Below, piece after piece: positions 8,654-17,088 of a stretch of 64,000 nt of DNA. Numbering within the stretch: the first letter of the stretch is position 1; each line of letters starts with the position of its first letter. The stretch lies in the NCBI GenBank assembly GCA_001898235.1, contig MKTN01000027.1, positions 18,035 to 82,034 on the forward strand, read 5' to 3'. Source of the stretch: Gammaproteobacteria bacterium 39-13 (GTDB lineage Bacteria > Pseudomonadota > Gammaproteobacteria > Berkiellales > Berkiellaceae). The notes under the pieces were generated by a model, which saw nothing but the letters and a program-made list of their open reading frames with translations, ran no database searches and had not been told where the DNA came from. The position numbers were made by a program, and so were the translations under genes.

Positions 8654-10729
8654 ATGAATCAAGGTCCTCAACCATCCCTAAAATGCTTGGTGGCACAACC
8701 GCACGCACTCACCATCGTAGCTGCATCCTATATTCCAGAGATAGAGGTAATGGATATCATTCTTCTATCTCATGCTAATATAGCTGATGCAATCTATGTA
8801 GATGAATCTACTAAAAAACTATTTGAACAATTTATGATCCCTTCAAACATGACTTCAACCAATATGACAGATATCGTCAAAAAATTGAACGAACAGTATC
8901 AGAAACATTTTCAAACGCTAAAAGAAACGCTCGCTCGAATTGATCCGACGAAAGTGGCTGGGATGAAGCAATATAAAAGTAAAATTGAACAATCTGATTT
9001 GTTACTTTTTCTAAAAGATGTGATTGGGCTTGTAAACTATCTTGATGCATGCAAGAGCATTATAGACGTCGAAGACATTATTGAAATCACCTTTATTATT
9101 CTTGAGATGCTTTCAGAATGGTTGGAGCCGCTGGAAGACGCAAATCTTGTTCCATCAGAAATTCACAACATTATTCTTTCTTTCTTTTTATATAAAGGTA
9201 ATTATATCGGTGAAATGTATGGACAAATGGGTATTTTACAATTTCATAAGTGGAAAGAACCAGAAGCTGACCCGGCCAAGTCTAAACGCAATTACGACCG
9301 TGCTAAAAGCTATTTTGATAAAGCATTAGAAATGGCACAGATGAACTACCAAAGTTTAACTGATCGCAACCGATACTATAAAAAAAATCCTATAGATGAA
9401 ATTGAAATCCTTTCTTATTTTGTATATGCCCAGTCCTTTTTTGGCTACTTTAAAATAGCTCGCGAAAATATTGAAAGAATTTATTATCTCGCGTTAGAAA
9501 CGAGGTGTTCCTTATCGGTTTCAAATGTTTTTGAGTTTTATTTAAATTGTTTAATGACTATTCCCCCTCAAGTTTCTTATCTTGCTTACCACCAATCTAT
9601 CGACTTGGTAGAGAAAATTTATACTCTATTTCTTAGAAACAGATTTATTAAAAATGCAGGTTTTGAATATACAAAGAATGCTGAGGATAAAAAAAGGCAA
9701 CTTGATAAATTAGTTGATGCTTATCAAAAGACCATCGGAGATTGGGGAATGCCTTATCGGTTTCAATGTAAATCTGCCAGCGTCACAGAGATTATTTATA
9801 CCATGCCGTCAGCTACTTTCAATAAACAGTTGCAAACCACTTTCCAGAAAATCTGTCGAAATCCAGCCTTTAAATTCATTTCTATCTCAGTTGATAAAAG
9901 AGAACTTAGAATTAAGTTCCCTTTAGATATTCCATTTTTATTGATACAAAATGTCATTGATGAAATTGGAAGGGCCTATTTAAAACTTCAAACACCACCG
10001 ATTTCGCCTATGATAACAAAGGGTGAAAAAAATGTAACTTCGGACTGCCCTCATGAAGTAGATACTTCTAACATTCCTCATTTGGAGGCTACTGATCTAA
10101 ATAAAGATAACACAGATTTTACCGCGACACTTGATGCAGTAAGTGAAAAAAAAGATAATGAAAGAGAAAGAAATCAAGATAATGAAAAGAAAAAAGAAAA
10201 GAAGACAGTAAAAAGAAAGCAACCAAGGAACAGGAGCCAAAAGAAAAAAGCGAGTACAAATAGATCTTCTGCTGCAAGCAATCGTAAAGCCACAAATACA
10301 GACGTAACTCAGCTTACATCAAGGCTAGGATCTCTTTTAATTACAGAAGCTCCCTCTGAGCCCTTTCTTGCGTCTAAATTCCAAGGAGCAAAAATTTGCA
10401 AAATACAAAATGCCAAAAACCTGTTTGTAGCTTATGCTCCTAAGCCTCATCCTAAAGACACCTTTGAATGTCCTAAAAAACTTGATAGTACTATTGCCGA
10501 AAGATTTGCCAAACAATTTGATGTTCCTACCTTAGCAAGCCCTGTTGATTGTAATGGCTTTAAATGGGTAACAAATAACAAGGGGTCTTGCCTTGTTGGT
10601 AAATTAGCGCGAGAAAAATTCAGATTATTCCCCACTGCGGTAGAAATTAATGCTGCAGGTGAAACAGGATTCTTCTACGGACGAATAAAAGATGCTAAAC
10701 ACGGAAAAAAAGCCAATCGCTATGGCTAA
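8654..10729 (+). CDS. paralog C of the family
   Basis: 691 aa. MNQGPQPS N-terminus, NEKKKEKKTVKRKQPRNRSQKKKAS tract, C-terminal DCNGFKW...GETGFFYG...GKKANRYG. Confidence 0.85.
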   Translation: MNQGPQPSLKCLVAQPHALTIVAASYIPEIEVMDIILLSHANIADAIYVDESTKKLFEQFMIPSNMTSTNMTDIVKKLNEQYQKHFQTLKETLARIDPTKVAGMKQYKSKIEQSDLLLFLKDVIGLVNYLDACKSIIDVEDIIEITFIILEMLSEWLEPLEDANLVPSEIHNIILSFFLYKGNYIGEMYGQMGILQFHKWKEPEADPAKSKRNYDRAKSYFDKALEMAQMNYQSLTDRNRYYKKNPIDEIEILSYFVYAQSFFGYFKIARENIERIYYLALETRCSLSVSNVFEFYLNCLMTIPPQVSYLAYHQSIDLVEKIYTLFLRNRFIKNAGFEYTKNAEDKKRQLDKLVDAYQKTIGDWGMPYRFQCKSASVTEIIYTMPSATFNKQLQTTFQKICRNPAFKFISISVDKRELRIKFPLDIPFLLIQNVIDEIGRAYLKLQTPPISPMITKGEKNVTSDCPHEVDTSNIPHLEATDLNKDNTDFTATLDAVSEKKDNERERNQDNEKKKEKKTVKRKQPRNRSQKKKASTNRSSAASNRKATNTDVTQLTSRLGSLLITEAPSEPFLASKFQGAKICKIQNAKNLFVAYAPKPHPKDTFECPKKLDSTIAERFAKQFDVPTLASPVDCNGFKWVTNNKGSCLVGKLAREKFRLFPTAVEINAAGETGFFYGRIKDAKHGKKANRYG

Positions 10730-10859
10730 TTCAAAATTTATAAATGAGAGCCCATATAAATACATATTGTGAATCATTTTTTACTTACTTGCTTGGCATA
10801 CAGACTATAAAAGTTAGATTACCATCCACTAAACTTAATTTATTTTTCAAGAGAAACTT

Positions 10860-12296
10860 ATGCAAGGTCCAAGTGATTTTAATTTGCCTGAAAAATCGGT
10901 ATTAGGCGAAAGCGGCCGTCCTAATGTTACACAAGAATTAATGCCCTTGTCGCCTAGTGGGATAAATACATTAGCACCAGAGCTATTAGTACATATCTTA
11001 CAAGTTGGGCAATTTACCCCAAAAGACTTAAGTGTATTAAGTCACATAAACACTCTGTTTTATCAGATTTCCAATGATAATTCCGTTTGGAAAACATTGA
11101 TAAGAAAACATCTCCACTATTTACAATTTAAAGATCCAGAAGGATTTGATAGCAATCCTAAAAAAACTTACATCGTAGAATATAATCGTTGGAAATCTTG
11201 TTATGGAAAAACAATTGGCATGCCCATGTTATTATGGGCTTTGAACGATAATATCAATGAAGCGACGAAATTTTTTAATGACTTATCTAAAAATCACGCT
11301 AACCCCTCTCATGCACTGGGTGTACGCAGATGGTTGTATTTGTTAGGAGTTGCGTTTGATAATCCTTGCGCAAAAGAAGCCCTGAAGCAAAGTACACAAT
11401 CCGAACATGACAAGAGAATGGCTTGCACAATTGCAAAAGCTCATGGTTACATATCTCCTATACTTGCGGAATACGAGGTAAAGCAACAACATGAGGAACT
11501 CATCAGACTTTCTATCCAAGCAAATGATTCAATAGTATTAAATTATATTTTAAATAACGAAATACTTAACTATAGCGTTATCTCAGACTGTTTTAGTAGG
11601 GCATTCTCTTCTAATGCTGAAGCATGCGTTACAATCTTGCTAGAGCAGTATCATAGTCCATTTTTTATGGGAAGAATGCCTTATATGGTTCTTCAAGGAA
11701 TACAATGTTCAGCAACCTATTCTGATACCAACATTTTAAAAAAACTACTAGAAATAGCGAGAAATAGTAGATATCCTATCAAAGAACTTAGAAAATCTTG
11801 TGGGATCGCTTTAGGATGTGCCTCAAATCGAGGAAGTTTCGAAGCTATTCGTAGCTTGCTGACAATGTCAGAATTTGTATCTTGTTCATCGCTTCGAGTC
11901 GCTTTATCAAATAGCTTTCTTCATTGCGATCCTCGTGTGCCTGAAATTATATTAGAAGCTTCTTGCAAATTACTCGGCGAAAATCAAGCCAAAGCGATAG
12001 TACGTAAATATCTTCCTATCGTCGAATGCCATGGTTCAAAAGATATCCTCTCCTTCATGCAGAAGACATTGGGCATTGAAACAGCAAAGGCTTGCTCAAA
12101 CAAAACACTAACAGGGAAAAAGAGAAAGCAGCAAGAAAAACTCGTCAAGCCTACTTCTACAAATCAAACAACAAATTCGTATGTACCAGGATTTAATGCA
12201 ATAATTGAAAACGTGCAAAATGAGGCGCCTACCACGAGCAACGCAATTGAACCCACACCAAAGAAAGAAAGCAGATTACGTTTATCAGGGGCTTGA
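10860..12296 (+). CDS. F-box domain protein with degenerate ankyrin-like helical repeats
   Basis: LAPELLVHILQVGQFTPKDLSVLSHINTLFYQISNDNSVWKTLI fits the F-box pattern (LPxEhh.hIh...L...D.......V.k.h......W). The N-terminus is MQGPSDF. A basic GKKRKQQEK cluster lies near the C-terminus. Confidence 0.75.
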   Translation: MQGPSDFNLPEKSVLGESGRPNVTQELMPLSPSGINTLAPELLVHILQVGQFTPKDLSVLSHINTLFYQISNDNSVWKTLIRKHLHYLQFKDPEGFDSNPKKTYIVEYNRWKSCYGKTIGMPMLLWALNDNINEATKFFNDLSKNHANPSHALGVRRWLYLLGVAFDNPCAKEALKQSTQSEHDKRMACTIAKAHGYISPILAEYEVKQQHEELIRLSIQANDSIVLNYILNNEILNYSVISDCFSRAFSSNAEACVTILLEQYHSPFFMGRMPYMVLQGIQCSATYSDTNILKKLLEIARNSRYPIKELRKSCGIALGCASNRGSFEAIRSLLTMSEFVSCSSLRVALSNSFLHCDPRVPEIILEASCKLLGENQAKAIVRKYLPIVECHGSKDILSFMQKTLGIETAKACSNKTLTGKKRKQQEKLVKPTSTNQTTNSYVPGFNAIIENVQNEAPTTSNAIEPTPKKESRLRLSGA

Positions 12297-12427
12297 AAAC
12301 CAAGCTCCTTTCTCTTCAAGACATAAAAAATTGCGTTAGAAATGCATCTTGCATAGTCATTTGACTTAAAGTTACTTATCTATCATTTTAATAGCTTATT
12401 TTTGTCAAAATATTCACCAAACAAGGA

Positions 12428-14719
12428 GTGTTTGTGGAGTCCATACGATTAGATTCAAATTTGAACAGTATTCCTCCTCAAGACAAAATTGCTAAAAATC
12501 TGATCCTTTTTCTAATAGCCACCATCATTTGTGCTTGGTTAGCCATGATTTGGACAACTTATCGCACCCATCAAGAAGCTCCTCCCGTGCCTGCCCAAAT
12601 GCTGAGTGAGTCAGGACAAAAAATAATGACTTTCGAAGACATTGTGGCAGGAAAGGCAGGTTTTCAGAAAGCTGGGCTAATGGATTTTGGTAGTTTGTAT
12701 GGGATGGGTTCCTATTTTGGTGAAGACTATACAGCACAATATTTGGTTGAATTAGGTGAGCTTGTTTCTGCACAATTAGCCAAAAAATATTCTCATCACA
12801 ATAACGGAGATTTACCTGAGATCCAACGATTAGCTGTAAACCAAGAAATGCAACAGCTATTGAAGCACATCTCATTAAAAAAGGATAACGTTGTTTTACC
12901 AAACATCGTCGCTAAAGCAATTGATGAATTACGCAAAAAAATCGCTAATGATCTGACAACAGATAATTTAAAGAAGGGCTGGGCAAAACCAGCTAGCTTA
13001 TCTGAGGAAGAAGCAAATAAAACGGCAGATTTTTTGATTTACTGTGTTCTTACTACCATCACACATCGTGAAGGAACAAATATCTCTTGGACAAATAATT
13101 GGCCTTATGAGCCTTCCATGGGAAATACCCTCACTTCTGCATCCTTTATTTGGACATGGGGCTCTCTTGCTGTTTTATTTTTTGCAATTGGCTTGGTTGT
13201 AGCCATATTCAGACTTTTTATCGATGAAGAACAAATAAGTCCTCCTAGCGAAGCAATATTGACTATCTTTAAAAATTTAACGCCAAGCCAAATGGCTTTA
13301 GGTAAATATTTTATTGTGGTGGCCTTATTACTACTAGTACAAATTGGGGCTGGCTCTATATTGGCGCACTATTATGCTGAAAGAGAAAGTTTCTATGGCT
13401 TTAATATTGCGTATTACCTTCCATTTTCATTTTTACGTGCCGTTCATATTCAAGCTCCTATCGCTTGGATAGGCTTAGGCTGGATTGGAACCGCTTTATT
13501 CCTCGCTCCGATGATAGGCAGAAGAGAGCCTCGCGGTCAAAAACATCTCGTCAATATTCTTTTTTGGATAACAGTGTTTGTAGTTGGCGGTGCATTAATC
13601 GGAAATTATTTGGGCGCCATGGGCATTATACAAGAGCACTGGTTTTGGTTTGGAAACCAAGGTTTATCATATCTTGAACTAGGAAGGTTTTGGCAAATCC
13701 TCTTTTTTATCGGCCTTCTAAGTTGGAGCTTAATAATGCTTAGGGCGATGTGGCCCACTTTGAAAAGTCTTTTTCACTGGAACTCATTTTATAGTTTATT
13801 TCGTGTAGAGCACTTACTTTGGTATAGCACATTAGGGGTGGCCTTTATTTATATTTTTGGCATGATCCCTCTTACTCATATCCACTCTTCTTTCACGCTC
13901 ACCGATTTTTGGCGTTGGTGGGTGGTACATCTTTGGGTGGAATGGGCATTTGAATTATTTACCGCAGCGGTGACAGGTTATTTTTTAATGACGGTTGGTC
14001 TTGTTTCCAGACAGCTAGTTGAGCGCGCCATTCTTTTTGAGTGGATCTTAATTTTAGGTAGTGGGATCCTAGGAACAGGGCATCATTTATTTTGGGTTGG
14101 AGAACCTCAGTTTTGGCTTTCAATTGGTACTATGTTTGGTTTCTTGGAAGTATTGCCGCTTTTCCTTCTTATATTAGAAGCTATTCAACATTACTTACAT
14201 ATTAGCCGCCAACAAACTTTTGCATATCGATTAGCCTTTCTTTACATTTTGGGCGCCTCCTTCTGGAATTTTGTTGGTGCAGGCGTTTTTGGCGCTTTAA
14301 TTAATTCGGCGCTAGTGAATTATTATGAACACGGCACTTTTTTAACACTCAACCATGCTCATACAGCCATGTTTGGCGCATTCGGCCTATTAGCGTTAGG
14401 TTTAATTTATTTAGCATTACGCTATATGGCAGGCGATCGTCACCCCTGGAATGAACGACTTGGGATCTGGGCTTTTTGGCTTTACAACCTAGGGTTATTG
14501 CTTTGGATAATATTTAACTTCTTTCCTATTGGCTGGCCACAGCTTGTCGCTGTTTTTGAGAAAGGTTATGCCTATGCAAGAAGTCTTGAATTCTATGACA
14601 CCACTTTATTTTGGCAATGGATGCGATTACCGGGGGATGTAGTTTTTGCCATTGGCGCTCTATTGATGGCATGGGACTTCTTAGTAAAAACGCGAAATCT
14701 ATCTAGCTCAAGCTCTTGA
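12428..14719 (+). CDS. norB: quinol-dependent nitric oxide reductase, single-subunit qNOR (NorB/NorZ type)
   Basis: 763 aa. It has the heme-copper oxidase subunit I fold with the qNOR-type N-terminal extension, and His ligand motifs (GHHLFWVG, LNHAHTAMFGAFG). The start could be GTG 12428 or GTG 12434. AAGGAG lies at 12423-12428. Confidence 0.85.
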   Translation: MFVESIRLDSNLNSIPPQDKIAKNLILFLIATIICAWLAMIWTTYRTHQEAPPVPAQMLSESGQKIMTFEDIVAGKAGFQKAGLMDFGSLYGMGSYFGEDYTAQYLVELGELVSAQLAKKYSHHNNGDLPEIQRLAVNQEMQQLLKHISLKKDNVVLPNIVAKAIDELRKKIANDLTTDNLKKGWAKPASLSEEEANKTADFLIYCVLTTITHREGTNISWTNNWPYEPSMGNTLTSASFIWTWGSLAVLFFAIGLVVAIFRLFIDEEQISPPSEAILTIFKNLTPSQMALGKYFIVVALLLLVQIGAGSILAHYYAERESFYGFNIAYYLPFSFLRAVHIQAPIAWIGLGWIGTALFLAPMIGRREPRGQKHLVNILFWITVFVVGGALIGNYLGAMGIIQEHWFWFGNQGLSYLELGRFWQILFFIGLLSWSLIMLRAMWPTLKSLFHWNSFYSLFRVEHLLWYSTLGVAFIYIFGMIPLTHIHSSFTLTDFWRWWVVHLWVEWAFELFTAAVTGYFLMTVGLVSRQLVERAILFEWILILGSGILGTGHHLFWVGEPQFWLSIGTMFGFLEVLPLFLLILEAIQHYLHISRQQTFAYRLAFLYILGASFWNFVGAGVFGALINSALVNYYEHGTFLTLNHAHTAMFGAFGLLALGLIYLALRYMAGDRHPWNERLGIWAFWLYNLGLLLWIIFNFFPIGWPQLVAVFEKGYAYARSLEFYDTTLFWQWMRLPGDVVFAIGALLMAWDFLVKTRNLSSSSS

Positions 14720-14726
14720 AAAAAAA

Positions 14727-14752
14727 GGGCCAGATTTATACAAGTCTGGCCC
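14727..14752. terminator. bidirectional hairpin terminator between norB and the J-domain gene
   Basis: Stem GGGCCAGA/TCTGGCCC with a 10-nt loop, preceded by an A-run (14720-14726). The flanking genes are convergent. Confidence 0.6.
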
Positions 14753-14783
14753 GTTCTATCATCAAAATTAGCTGCCTTTAAAC

Positions 14784-15809
14784 TTATTTTGCGCAAAACT
14801 TCTTCATTTCTTTAAGAAGTGGTTCATTATTATCCATTGCACATTTTTTAGCTGCATTGAAGACACTTGATTCTTTATAAGCATCGAAACTAAAAAAGCT
14901 TTTACCATAACCAAACCATGTATGCGCCTCAAGGCCCATTTTTAATGCTCGTTGCTTGCTTACATCCTTAATAGCACGGAGTTTCTCTGGTGTGTCATAA
15001 GCTTTAAACGCACCGTTAACATAGTTTTGATGCCATGTTGAAATAATGGATGTTGCAAGATAAGATCCCAAAGCGATCCCAACACCTGCCATCAATCCAA
15101 TGCCGTATGCTGCTGATGCGCCAATGGACAAGATACCGGCTAAAAGCGCCCAATTAAATGCCGATTTTACTTTTTCAAGCTTTTGCTTATTTTTCTTAAT
15201 ATTATGCAAAATTCGTTGCTTTTGCCAACTATTAAAGAGCGTATTAGGACATTTAACTGAGAGTAAATTCGGTGCCTTTAACAAGGCCGCCGTTAACACT
15301 TCTGTTGCTAGTGTAGGCAGCTGTTTTGCTGGCGAACCAATCGTGACAGAAGTTGTTGATGCCTTAACACATTTATTAAGCTTGTCTTTCAATTGTTGGT
15401 GCGTATCAAAATAAAGATCGACACTACACGATTCTGTTTTATTCTTTTCCTTGGATTCCACAGAAATAGAAAGACTGTATTTCCCCTTGGGAGCAATATC
15501 ATCAAAATTAAAACCAAAACTAAATGCATTGCCAAAAAAAGCACGGAACAAATCTTCTGGGGCCATAAAATCAGGTGCCGAAGAAAAGGGACGATTAGCT
15601 GAATTATCTGCCGCTTTTTGCTCTGCAAGTGGTTTTTGTAAAAACTGATATGCTTCAGAGATCTCTTTAAATTTATCAGCGCCTTGTGGATTTTTATCAG
15701 GATGAAAGCGCAAAGCCAATTTTTTATAGGCTACCTTTATTTCATTCTCAGTAGGATTTTCATTTGCTTTAAACCCTAAGGAAATGAGGGCATCTGTTCG
15801 TTTAGTCAT
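14784..15809 (-). CDS. J-domain (DnaJ N-terminal domain) protein with C-terminal transmembrane segments
   Basis: [35 protein letters not shown] carries the HPD motif. There is no Gly/Phe or zinc-finger DnaJ region. Hydrophobic stretch: [37 protein letters not shown]. Confidence 0.75.
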   Translation of the reverse strand: MTKRTDALISLGFKANENPTENEIKVAYKKLALRFHPDKNPQGADKFKEISEAYQFLQKPLAEQKAADNSANRPFSSAPDFMAPEDLFRAFFGNAFSFGFNFDDIAPKGKYSLSISVESKEKNKTESCSVDLYFDTHQQLKDKLNKCVKASTTSVTIGSPAKQLPTLATEVLTAALLKAPNLLSVKCPNTLFNSWQKQRILHNIKKNKQKLEKVKSAFNWALLAGILSIGASAAYGIGLMAGVGIALGSYLATSIISTWHQNYVNGAFKAYDTPEKLRAIKDVSKQRALKMGLEAHTWFGYGKSFFSFDAYKESSVFNAAKKCAMDNNEPLLKEMKKFCAK

Positions 15810-15963
15810 TATATTTTACTACCATCACAACTACTATGGATGGGATGTTAACGAAGCACAGAAAATGTTGTCAATTAAATACAGATAAGTGGTTACTGAA
15901 ATTGTTTAACCAAAAAATACATAAACCGCAACAAGTCATTTAAGTCACTTCGACATAAAATCT

Positions 15964-16830
15964 TCAGTCTGCATCTTTAAAATTGATAAATACTGTTATC
16001 CACTCCCTCACACTTTTATCAAAGACTTGCTGATTTTCCAGCTGTGGCCAATGACCAACATCACCACAATTGATAACGGTAAAAGCGCGAGGCTTAGGAA
16101 AATTTTCCCACTGTACTAAGGGCAAGCTATCATAATCACGCTCGCCGGCTAGCAGTAAAGTAGGGACTTTCACTTTTTCAATATCAATACTTAGATTATG
16201 ATTAGGTAGTATATATTCAAAAAATTGATTTATTATCACATCATCAACTTGAATATCTTTCCAAAGCAAGCGGATTGCTTCTTCTGAAATTGTAAAATCA
16301 CCCCAATATCTTGCTGAATCGGCTATATATTTATCAATAGAAACTTCTGAGTCAAAAGGTTTTTCGATTAATGCATACTTTTGTTTTCGAAGATGATCAT
16401 TCTCAATACGCTCAAGCTCTGCATGTTCTTTAAAATATTTGTCAGTGAAAGCAATAGAAGCATTGTTCCATTGTGGCGCGCTAGCCACCAATATCACCCC
16501 ACCCAAATCAGCGTGATGATATTTGGCGATTTCAAGCGCCAAGATGCCAAAACAAGAATGCGCCATTAGAATCGGTTTTCTCAAGTGCAACTGATGAATG
16601 ATCTCCACAACATGTGAGGACAAAGCTGTCATGGTAAATGACTGCGCATTCGGATGCTTATATTCGGCCGTGAAGTAAAGATCGGTTGCATACAACGTAA
16701 ACATCTCTTTAAAGTTATCTGATAAGCTACGCAGCAATAGATTACCCAATCCAACACATAAGCAGGCAATGGGGCCTTGACCAATCTTTTGAACTGGATA
16801 AGTCATGTTGTCTATTACAACGTTTAACAT
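15964..16830 (-). CDS. alpha/beta-fold hydrolase
   Basis: 288 aa. Nucleophile-elbow-like MAHSCFG, and a C-terminal GDVGHWPQLE typical of the catalytic His region in this fold. Confidence 0.65.
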   Translation of the reverse strand: MLNVVIDNMTYPVQKIGQGPIACLCVGLGNLLLRSLSDNFKEMFTLYATDLYFTAEYKHPNAQSFTMTALSSHVVEIIHQLHLRKPILMAHSCFGILALEIAKYHHADLGGVILVASAPQWNNASIAFTDKYFKEHAELERIENDHLRKQKYALIEKPFDSEVSIDKYIADSARYWGDFTISEEAIRLLWKDIQVDDVIINQFFEYILPNHNLSIDIEKVKVPTLLLAGERDYDSLPLVQWENFPKPRAFTVINCGDVGHWPQLENQQVFDKSVREWITVFINFKDAD

Positions 16831-16993
16831 TCTTTTCTACCTTATAGGTTGATGGAACAAGACAGCAATATCATAAGAAAGTGACAGGTTTTGTATTTTT
16901 AAAATTTGATAAAAGCACCATACCCACTCTTGCACCAACCCCCACCAAAAATTCTCATCATATCAGCATTTATGCAGTTTTCTCTTTAGATTT

Positions 16994-17053
16994 TGTGGGG
17001 AAATAACCTGAGTGATTTATCACATTTACTTAACTTATTTATTATGATGTAAT
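16994..17053 (+). promoter_or_regulatory. diverged Box1 (TGTGGGGAAATAACCTGAGTGATTTA, 16994-17019) plus extended -10 (TGATGTAAT, 17045-17053)
   Basis: The geometry matches the other copies. The -10 ends 36 nt before ATG 17089. Confidence 0.4.
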
Positions 17054-17088
17054 ACGTTGCTCAGATAACAAATGAAGGCTTTATAACT

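Noticed and set aside
12525-12902. 125-aa antisense ORF in the 5' part of norB, plus the small plus-strand ORFs at 13465-13677 and 28861-29163
   Set aside because: They are embedded in confidently assigned membrane-protein genes (qNOR, MFS) and have no independent signals.
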